A stretch of 12,576 nt of DNA from positions 1 to 12,576 of the forward strand of contig JARRRI010000053.1 in the NCBI GenBank assembly GCA_037380845.1. The letters are read 5' to 3'. The DNA is from Candidatus Sulfobium sp. GTDB taxonomy: Bacteria > Nitrospirota > Thermodesulfovibrionia > Thermodesulfovibrionales > UBA6898. The position numbers and the translations under genes were made by a program. Below, in pieces: positions 1-6,791 of the stretch; positions within the stretch are counted from its first letter, which is position 1, and each line of letters opens with the position of its first letter. The notes below the pieces were generated by a model. It was not told the origin of the DNA. It saw only the letters and a list, made by a program, of their open reading frames with translations, and did no database searches.

Positions 1-110
1 GTAAATTCGGAGTGATAGGGCCTCCTGCGTACAATCTCCTTTAATCTGTCGACGGGTGATCCGTAAACTTTGTACACTTTTGTAAGGTTCTTGGCTTCAA
101 TAGCTGTCAT
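1..110 (-). CDS. wzt: ABC transporter ATP-binding protein, Wzt/RfbB-type polysaccharide export (5' end only; runs off the window)
   Basis: Not in the ORF track. Manual minus-strand translation from the ATG at 108-110 gives MTAIEAKNLTKVYKVYGSPVDRLKEIVRRRPYHSEF..., open to the window edge. This is a typical Wzt N-terminus, and the start overlaps the wzm stop (ATGA, 107-110). Confidence 0.85.
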   Translation of the reverse strand, partial: MTAIEAKNLTKVYKVYGSPVDRLKEIVRRRPYHSEF

Positions 111-928
111 AACCAGTCCGCGAACTCGAATTTCAGCTTGGTGAATACAAAGGCCCCCAGCACAAAGAAGACCAGGGACCAGGCCAAAGCAAAAAAGAAC
201 ATATCAAGTCGCGCGAGCCTCCCGCTGACAAAGAGGGATTGATATGCATCCACGAGTGGGAAAAGAGGATTGAAGTACATTATCTTTTTCGCCCATTCGG
301 GAAGCATAATCATAGGGTAAAGTATGGGAGTCAGATAGATCCAGAAATTGATCGCTATCTGCACAAACTGTACGGTGTCTCTCAGAAACACCGCTACAGA
401 CGCAGTAAAGAAGGTCAACCCGAGAGTGAAAAGGACCTGGATAATAATCATTAACGGCAGAAAAAGGATAACTGAGAAACTTCCGGTAAAGAGTATTTTG
501 TAAAGGGCCAGCAGGAGCATGGCTATTCCATAACTGAGGAGGGGCGCAAAGACGGACTTCGCAACCAATATTTCGGTCGGAAAGGAGGTCTTCTGAATGA
601 TATTGGCATTTTCCATCATAGAGCCGGTTCCGCGCATCAGTCCTTCTGCGATGATCATCCATGGAAAAAGACCGGCCATCATATAGATAGCTGAAGTTCC
701 TGCGCCGGACCCGACGCGCAGCTTAAAAATATAAACAAAAACAAAAAGGTATACGATCAGCATCAGAATAGGGTGGATAAAGTTCCAGATAAAGCCGCCT
801 ACTGAGCCGGCGAACCGGCCCCTGATGTCACGCATCACCATATGGGAAAGAATTTGCCGGTAGACATAGAGATTTTTTGCGACATCAGCAGAAGCCTTTG
901 TCATCTCCCTCATATATCTCAATGCCAT
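107..928 (-). CDS. wzm: ABC-2 type permease, Wzm/RfbA-type polysaccharide export
   Basis: 273 aa with about 6 hydrophobic segments. Wzm motifs: RDIRGRFAGSVGGFIWNFIHP, N..IIQKTSFP.E, FLRD..Q, YLTPILYP, FNPL, and C-terminal FADWL. The start could be a later ATG (e.g. 904). Confidence 0.92.
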   Translation of the reverse strand: MALRYMREMTKASADVAKNLYVYRQILSHMVMRDIRGRFAGSVGGFIWNFIHPILMLIVYLFVFVYIFKLRVGSGAGTSAIYMMAGLFPWMIIAEGLMRGTGSMMENANIIQKTSFPTEILVAKSVFAPLLSYGIAMLLLALYKILFTGSFSVILFLPLMIIIQVLFTLGLTFFTASVAVFLRDTVQFVQIAINFWIYLTPILYPMIMLPEWAKKIMYFNPLFPLVDAYQSLFVSGRLARLDMFFFALAWSLVFFVLGAFVFTKLKFEFADWL

Positions 929-1150
929 TTCAGGTCCATCCTACAGTCAGCAGAAAAGCGATTGCGGGCACACTTCAAGACAACTCGAGCACCTGCCGGA
1001 CTCCTCTGTAAAGTCAAACTGAGTCATTCGACGAGGTCTTAAGCGATCCATATATACAAAACACGCGAGGTGTCCTTAGAAAATCCAAGTAGCGGCATTG
1101 GCTTTCTCACTATCTGATTACTGACCGTTTACCTTGTTCCGCCACAAATT

Positions 1151-1159
1151 ATTATAGCA
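1151..1159 (-). promoter_or_regulatory. Putative extended -10 sigma70-type promoter for wzm-wzt
   Basis: The minus strand reads TGCTATAAT (TGnTATAAT consensus) in the intergenic region about 220 nt upstream of wzm. There is no consensus -35. Confidence 0.5.
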
Positions 1160-1248
1160 TAACAGATTCTTGCCGGTTCCGGGCCGCTGCGCCTGCAGGA
1201 AGAAAAGGTCAAGTGACTCTTCGCGCCGATATCAGAGCATTCGTTAAA

Positions 1249-2652
1249 TTAACCATAATATTTGCCAACGACCGCAAAAAGAGCATGACTTAAAGTCAAC
1301 ACGGGCAGTAAAATTAAAACAGTTCTAATCCTGGATTCGGCTTGAATCGCGCGCCGACGATCAATTGAGAAAAGCAGGAAGAAAAGGGGGGCCAGGGGTA
1401 TGAAATATCGGCCCTGGATGCCACCGACGACCGGACTGCCGACTGGGGTAAAGCTGATATATGCTAAAGTCAGAATCAATATTGCGCCTGACGACGCTGT
1501 TGCCAGTAAAACTGCCTTTTGTCGCTTGCTTATTGTCGGTTCCTCGCGCCCACCCATTACTGCAGCGAGAAGAAGGGCTAGGCTGTAAAGGATCCTCATG
1601 GGTTCGGAGAGGCTGATATCCATCCATCCTAATTGCCCGATGAACTGATCAAAATAGGATTTCCCGTTCTGCATCATCGTCCTTACGACCACAGCCGCGT
1701 AATCCAATGGATGGAAAATGATAAACCTGAGCTGAGACGACGGTGAAATATCCGGCAGTAGTCTTGCGTAGACTATATAGACATGCTCATATAGTTCTCT
1801 GACCGATAGAGACCAGAGCAGAACCGCGGCAATGTTGCACAGGATGAAAGCCGAAAACAGCGAGAAATACTTGCGCCGTGTGCCTATTCTGTCGACGGGT
1901 ATCAGGAGGAACAGAAAAGAGACGACAAAATATGCCTGCTTCGAAAGTGAGAGCAGGAGTGAAAGTATAAACAGGAGCAGAAGCTGCTTTGGCTCAATCT
2001 TTTCCCTGCCTGCCGCGATCCTGAGGAAGAGTGCGGTGAGGACGAATGTAAGACCATTGGTAATGCAATCGGCGGACAGGGATGCCGCCAGGGATACTGA
2101 CATCGGCGTTAAAGCCAGGAGAAAGAATAGCCATTTCTTGAAGGGCAGGACTTTAATCGCGAAGTACACGAGAAAAATCCACAAAGCCAGATTGGCGAAT
2201 CGGCCTATGTACATCTTTGCGAGGGGTGAACAACCGGCCAGCCTGCCCGCGGTTATCCCCATAGCCTGTGGAAGATACGGGACGGGAGAATATTCTGCAG
2301 TATTCGGGAAATCGGCAAAGACCGCCTTCCCTGTTTCCGCCGGGCCGTGGAGCGCCGCAAAAATGTTCTCTATCTTTTGTTCTTTGTCTTCATGAAACGG
2401 AAAGCCGTCAAAAACCCTTATTGTCGATATAAAATTTTCCGGCACGTTATCTCCGGTACCCGAGGGTCCCACTCGTCCCTTGAGATTTCCCCGGGAAACC
2501 TCCGCCGCCCTCAAAAAGTGGTTAGGCTCGTCGGGGACCTTGAAAGGGGGAGTAAGAACCAGAAACAACAGCCCGAACAATGTCCCGATAAACAGGAACA
2601 TATTCTCAGGGAGGAATAACTTGCTATCTCTCATGTTATTAACGGACTTCAC
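1249..2652 (-). CDS. DUF2142-like polytopic membrane protein; predicted GT-C-type (lipid-sugar-dependent) glycosyltransferase
   Basis: 467 aa. The N-terminal TM is followed by TPPFKVPDEPNHFLRA. It also has YSPVPYLPQA..G, GR..NL, AASLSAD, LSLSKQAY, IGQLGWMD and GIQGRYFIP, plus roughly 10 or more hydrophobic segments. The start is uncertain (GTG 2652 or ATG 2634). Confidence 0.8.
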   Translation of the reverse strand: MKSVNNMRDSKLFLPENMFLFIGTLFGLLFLVLTPPFKVPDEPNHFLRAAEVSRGNLKGRVGPSGTGDNVPENFISTIRVFDGFPFHEDKEQKIENIFAALHGPAETGKAVFADFPNTAEYSPVPYLPQAMGITAGRLAGCSPLAKMYIGRFANLALWIFLVYFAIKVLPFKKWLFFLLALTPMSVSLAASLSADCITNGLTFVLTALFLRIAAGREKIEPKQLLLLFILSLLLSLSKQAYFVVSFLFLLIPVDRIGTRRKYFSLFSAFILCNIAAVLLWSLSVRELYEHVYIVYARLLPDISPSSQLRFIIFHPLDYAAVVVRTMMQNGKSYFDQFIGQLGWMDISLSEPMRILYSLALLLAAVMGGREEPTISKRQKAVLLATASSGAILILTLAYISFTPVGSPVVGGIQGRYFIPLAPLFFLLFSIDRRRAIQAESRIRTVLILLPVLTLSHALFAVVGKYYG

Positions 2653-2715
2653 AGGAAATGTTTGGGAGAATCGTGATTGCTCAAAGATCTGCCTTGGCGG
2701 TTGAAAAATTCCCGC

Positions 2716-2735
2716 ATAATATTCTAGTATATTAT
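2716..2735. promoter_or_regulatory. 20-bp near-perfect palindrome in the divergent promoter region; candidate transcription-factor operator
   Basis: ATAATATTCT|AGTATATTAT has 9/10 symmetric positions. It overlaps a minus-strand TATAAT (2731-2736) and a plus-strand TTGAAA-N18-TAGTAT (2701-2730). Confidence 0.4.
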
Positions 2736-3055
2736 ATTTCCGCGATCTAATTCCGATTTTTTGTCCAAATTTGTCTGTAATAAATAATAAGTGACGTAAC
2801 TGCTCGCGGGATCTTAGACGGGCGGCTTTGATAACGAAACAGAAAAATAAGCGGACAATGGTGCCAGCGGAATATGGAACAGGGACATAGCAGGGGTAGG
2901 TTTTGTGTGTAGGGCCTTACGTGAAGCTGTTTTGCCATCTCCGCGCCAGTCGCTGTCTTCAGCAGGTTAATCATTCTTTCTTTTATCCATGTAACATCTT
3001 TCCCTGCGATTCTGCCTCGATATCTTGCGCCGGCTTATCCTCTGATATTAATATT

Positions 3056-3061
3056 TATAAT
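3056..3061 (+). promoter_or_regulatory. Possible -10 element for the GT2-methyltransferase unit
   Basis: Perfect TATAAT in an AT-rich patch 54 nt upstream of the GT2 ATG. No convincing -35. Confidence 0.3.
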
Positions 3062-3115
3062 GGTGGTTTTTATAGATTTCCTTTCGAAAGGGCCGGGCTT
3101 GGGTAAAAAGAAAAT

Positions 3116-4282
3116 ATGAAGGAACTGACAATTCTGTTGCCTTGCCTGAACGAAGCGGAAACCATCGGCACCTGTATCATGAGGGCCCGCAAACTCCTTC
3201 GGGATGACGGGATGGAAGGCGAGATACTGGTATCAGATAACGGCTCATCTGACGGGAGTCGGGAAATCGCAGCGCGCCTCGGTGCACGGGTGATAGAATG
3301 CCCGGTGAGAGGTTACGGCTCCGCCCTCCAGTTCGGGATCGAAAACGCCGAAGGAAAGTTTATTTTGATGGGTGACAGCGATGACAGTTATCACTTCGAC
3401 GAAGCCTTGCCAATGATCGAGATGCTGAGGTCCGGATATGATGTCTGTATGGGTACGAGACTGGAAGGCAAGATTATACCGAAAGCCATGCCGGGACTTA
3501 ACAGATATATAGGCAACCCGGCACTGACATCTATCGGCAGGTTATTTTTCGATATCCGGCTAAGTGACTTCCATTGCGGCATGCGGGCGTTCCGGAAGGA
3601 CAGAATAATAGGTCTCAATCTGGTGACGACAGGGATGGAATGGGCGTCGGAGATGATAATAAAGGCCCGGCTGGCAGGCCTAAAGATGACAGAGGTTCCG
3701 GTAACGCTATACAGGGACGGCAGAAGCCACCCGCCTCATCTGAGGCGCTGGCGGGACGGTTGGCGGCATCTCAGGTTTATGCTGCTGCACTCGCCGAAAT
3801 GGCTTTTCTTTGTCCCCGGATATTTCCTTTTTTTGTCGGGACTTGCCGGAGAACTGGCATTATTGGGAGGGCCCGTCAGTATTGGAAAGGTCGTTTTAGA
3901 TGTCCATACACTTCTGGTAATGTCCTTTATGATGATCTTGGGTCTCCAGCTCGTGTTTACCGGGGTCTTCGCCAAGGTGTTTACATATGTCTCCGGCATA
4001 TTAGCATACGACGACAAATTTGACCGGATGGCAAGAAGGCTTACACTGGAAAAGCTGCTGCTGGTATCCCTGATAGTGGGCGGCACGGGCATGGGGATTT
4101 TTCTGCTCACCCTCTGGAACTGGTACAGCGCAGGTTTTGCGGATCTGAATTATGAAATTACGATGCGAAGCCTGATTCCTGCTTTGACGATGATAACTTT
4201 CGGGGGCCAGGGGATTTTTAACGGCTTTATGCTCTCAGTTCTTTTCCTGAAGACGAAAGGATCGAAACAGGATGCTTTCTGA
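3116..4282 (+). CDS. Glycosyltransferase family 2, DPM/polyprenol-phosphate glycosyltransferase-like, with C-terminal membrane domain
   Basis: 388 aa. Motifs: ILLPCLNEAETI, VSDNGSSDGS, RGYGSAL..G, MGDSDDSY (DxD), DFHCGMRAF, GMEWASEMIIKA, EVPV.L and WRDGWRHLRF. The last ~160 aa hold about 4 hydrophobic segments. Confidence 0.92.
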   Translation: MKELTILLPCLNEAETIGTCIMRARKLLRDDGMEGEILVSDNGSSDGSREIAARLGARVIECPVRGYGSALQFGIENAEGKFILMGDSDDSYHFDEALPMIEMLRSGYDVCMGTRLEGKIIPKAMPGLNRYIGNPALTSIGRLFFDIRLSDFHCGMRAFRKDRIIGLNLVTTGMEWASEMIIKARLAGLKMTEVPVTLYRDGRSHPPHLRRWRDGWRHLRFMLLHSPKWLFFVPGYFLFLSGLAGELALLGGPVSIGKVVLDVHTLLVMSFMMILGLQLVFTGVFAKVFTYVSGILAYDDKFDRMARRLTLEKLLLVSLIVGGTGMGIFLLTLWNWYSAGFADLNYEITMRSLIPALTMITFGGQGIFNGFMLSVLFLKTKGSKQDAF

Positions 4283-4300
4283 AAGCGAAGCGATGATAAA

Positions 4301-4993
4301 ATGAGTTCGCCTATTGCGTCTGACAAAAAAGGCAGCATACGTAATTTCATGATAGGGTTGCACCAAAGGCTTTCACACGTAAAACGCGTTTCCATTCTTT
4401 CCCGGCGAATAGGAGTAATTATAGGCGGTCTTTATTCCCATGAGGCGACTATCAGGTGTCTGGATGCGGGATGCGGAGACATGAAGATCGCGGAGGGTGT
4501 AAACAGACTCTGTTCACGGACGGATTGGCAATGTATCGATCTTTATGACCTTCCCGAACATATGAGGAAGAACGGGAGGTGGTCGAAATATCAAAAATAT
4601 GACGGGCGGCATTTCCCGTTTTCCGATGCGTCGTTTGATATCGTGCTTTTCTGTGATGTGCTGCACCACGCAACGAATATTCCCGACTTGTTGCGGGATG
4701 CCGCTCGGGTTGGAAGAAGGATAATAATCAAGGACCACTTCGAATATTCATTTTATTCACGGGTGATGTTGAAGGTGATGGACTTTATCGGCAATTGGGG
4801 ATATGGTGTTCCTCTTCCCCGGAAGTATTTCACTCCCGTCAGTTTTCAGGAGTTATGTTCCTCGGTTGGCCTGTCGGCGGCTCAACTAGAGACGGGCATA
4901 GATTTGTATTCGCATCTCCCGGTGATAAGGCACCTGCTCAAACCGGAGTGGCATTTCATAGCTGTTTTACGGCCGGCGTCCGTCGGGCAATGA
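4301..4993 (+). CDS. Class I SAM-dependent methyltransferase
   Basis: 230 aa with motif I (LDAGCGD) and YDGRHFPFSDASFDIVLFCDVLHH. It starts 18 nt after the GT2 stop. Confidence 0.9.
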   Translation: MSSPIASDKKGSIRNFMIGLHQRLSHVKRVSILSRRIGVIIGGLYSHEATIRCLDAGCGDMKIAEGVNRLCSRTDWQCIDLYDLPEHMRKNGRWSKYQKYDGRHFPFSDASFDIVLFCDVLHHATNIPDLLRDAARVGRRIIIKDHFEYSFYSRVMLKVMDFIGNWGYGVPLPRKYFTPVSFQELCSSVGLSAAQLETGIDLYSHLPVIRHLLKPEWHFIAVLRPASVGQ

Positions 4994-5125
4994 TCTGTTG
5001 TCACAACCGGCTGTTGACCGCTTGTCGACTTTTGGGAAACAAGGAGCTTTTGGTATTCGCGGCTTTAAGCATTTTCACGGGCATGAATTCCAGCCGGTCT
5101 TTTCGAGAATTTGCGGGTGCTGAGC

Positions 5126-5134
5126 TGGTATAAT
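5126..5134 (+). promoter_or_regulatory. Putative extended -10 promoter for the deacetylase gene
   Basis: TGGTATAAT (TGnTATAAT) lies 75 nt upstream of the PIG-L ORF start, inside a 216-nt gap. Confidence 0.5.
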
Positions 5135-5209
5135 ATGTTTTGGCATACAGATCGAGAAATTCGAACTCATGGCGAAGTCGGAAACATCTGAGGAAGCCTG
5201 AAATCTATT

Positions 5210-5914
5210 TTGCACGTTATGAATACCCTTGGCTTGGACATGCGGGAATTCAGCCGGGCCCTTTTCTTGGCCCCCCACCCCGACGACGAGGCACTTGGTT
5301 GTTCCGGGACACTCAAACTTCTCGATAGAGCCGGAACAGAGTTGACGCTGGTTTTCCTGAGCAACGGCGAGAAGTTGTATGGAGAGGCTTCGGCGGAGAT
5401 AGCCGAAGTAAGGAAGAAGGAGGCGATCAGTTCGGCTCAGCTGCTTGGGTGCAATGATACTATTTTTCTCGATTTTCCCGATGGAGAGATCGGCAAATAC
5501 AGTCAGGAAATTTTTCTGAAGCTTGCGGGGATCGTCGAAGAAAGAAAGCCGGAAGTTGTTTTTGCGCCATCGCCGATTGACTATCATGACGACCACATCG
5601 CTGCGTCTCATATCGGTCTCAGGCTGCTGGAAACTTCCGGTCCTCTGAGATTGGCCCTTTATGAAGTTTATTCTACCCTGAGATTCAACTGTCTTGTCGA
5701 TATAACAGGGACTGCCGGACTGAAGAAACAGGCAATTCTCAATTACCGCACCAGTCTTTACGGAAAACCGGAATTATATGTCGACGCCGCTCTCGGCCTT
5801 AATGCTCACAGGTCGATCTTCGTGCAGAGGAAGGGTTTTTTTGAGGCCTTCTACCTGATGGAAAAAGCGGAACCTCTCGATTCAATCCTCCGGTTCTTCT
5901 GCTACACCCTATGA
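5210..5914 (+). CDS. PIG-L/LmbE family N-acetyl(hexosamine) deacetylase
   Basis: 234 aa with the metal-binding motifs APHPDDE.LG and DYHDDH, plus R..EA...A..LG and FLDFPDG. The start could be TTG 5210, ATG 5219 or ATG 5240. Confidence 0.9.
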   Translation: MHVMNTLGLDMREFSRALFLAPHPDDEALGCSGTLKLLDRAGTELTLVFLSNGEKLYGEASAEIAEVRKKEAISSAQLLGCNDTIFLDFPDGEIGKYSQEIFLKLAGIVEERKPEVVFAPSPIDYHDDHIAASHIGLRLLETSGPLRLALYEVYSTLRFNCLVDITGTAGLKKQAILNYRTSLYGKPELYVDAALGLNAHRSIFVQRKGFFEAFYLMEKAEPLDSILRFFCYTL

Positions 5915-6037
5915 AATGCAGCACTCAACCCGGCAAACAGATACCAGAGAAGTTACCGAGTGGAAAGCGGGCTCTTTCAATGCCGAATCCAGGATTAACT
6001 TTACGAGGAGGAGTGCTTGCCTGACCTCGCTTCTTCC

Positions 6038-6790
6038 TTAACGGCCTCTCGATCTGAACAGATTGAAGAACTTCTTTCTGGCGTTCTGCCGCGCCGTCGG
6101 CGCAGGAACGGGTTTAGGCGCTTCCTGGCGCACCGTCGCAGACGGTCTTGACCGCCGGGCCGGGACGGCCGTCGAGCCACGTGTATTCGGGTGAGGCAGC
6201 GGGTTTCGCACGCCGTTCGGCGGCGCGGGTGTCTTCTGAGAATAGTGTCGTGTCTTGGCCTTTTCCGGGTCTTCCAGGGCCACTACCATCTTCTCCTCGC
6301 CCCTCTGCATAACCACCTTGTCTCTTTCTATTTCAGTCAGGGTAAAGCCGCTCAAGGAATCGCCTATCTTAAGAGCGGTTTGCCTGTTCGGCCTCCCGGG
6401 GGTATTTACGGGCGACTTCTTGTCCTCCATGAATGCCATTTTCAGTTGGTCCGTTATCAGGGTGCCGTCGAGAACGAAGTCGGGCTCCGGAAGGGCGTCC
6501 GCCTGCTTTGTCTGGTCTTTCTGTTCAGGTATTTTCCTGTCCGGGTGAAACAGGTTCTGGTCAGCTATTACCATATAGTCCGTGGGAAAGGGATTTTTTT
6601 CGTCCTGCAGGCCTTTCTTCGCCGCCGCAGGCTTTTGGTCCACTGCCGTCTTCTGTGCTACCGGTTTCCTGTATGTGACCTTAGCCGGCTGGCCGGGGAA
6701 AAAAGTGAAGTAGGCGACTGCAACCACTCCCCCCGCCAGGAGTATATTGATTATGTTGACATTGCTCAGAAGATACCTGATTCTTTGCAT
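6038..6790 (-). CDS. T2SS accessory protein, GspC/PilP-like (N-terminal TM, beta-rich HR-like domain, Pro/Arg-rich tail, no PDZ)
   Basis: The preferred start is ATG 6790 (MQRIRYLL), 1 nt after the gspM terminal stop, giving 250 aa. There is a single N-terminal TM, then NLFHPDRK and FVLDGTLI...AFMED...LKIGDSLSGFTLTEIERDKVVM, a GspC-HR/PilP-type pattern. It is the last gene of the gsp operon. Confidence 0.65.
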   Translation of the reverse strand: MQRIRYLLSNVNIINILLAGGVVAVAYFTFFPGQPAKVTYRKPVAQKTAVDQKPAAAKKGLQDEKNPFPTDYMVIADQNLFHPDRKIPEQKDQTKQADALPEPDFVLDGTLITDQLKMAFMEDKKSPVNTPGRPNRQTALKIGDSLSGFTLTEIERDKVVMQRGEEKMVVALEDPEKAKTRHYSQKTPAPPNGVRNPLPHPNTRGSTAVPARRSRPSATVRQEAPKPVPAPTARQNARKKFFNLFRSRGR

Positions 6791-6791
6791 A

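Noticed and set aside
1101..1135. Minus-strand AAGGTAAAC...GTAA...GAAAGCC in the wzm leader, c-di-GMP-I-like
   Set aside because: The bases flanking the GTAA loop (GGTCA/TCAGA) do not form the required stem, and the second stem consensus is absent.
2851..2866. Possible sigma54 promoter (TGGCAC... on the minus strand)
   Set aside because: GG-to-GC spacing is off by one and there is no TTGC at -12.
2747..3106. 75-aa (-) and 67-aa (+) ORFs in the divergent intergenic region
   Set aside because: They overlap each other, have no recognisable motifs and have compositions typical of spurious ORFs.
5932..5959. GGCAAAC...GTTACCGA resembling the two ends of a c-di-GMP-I (GEMM) riboswitch
   Set aside because: Only ~13 nt separate the motifs, the P2/P3 stems and GACGCAAAGC-type core are missing, and it lies between convergent 3' ends with no gene to regulate.
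5915..6037. Intrinsic terminator between the convergent deacetylase and gspC-like genes; orphan GAGGAGG
   Set aside because: Only 5-bp or interrupted stems are present, without U-tracts. The SD-like motif leads only to a short antisense ORF.
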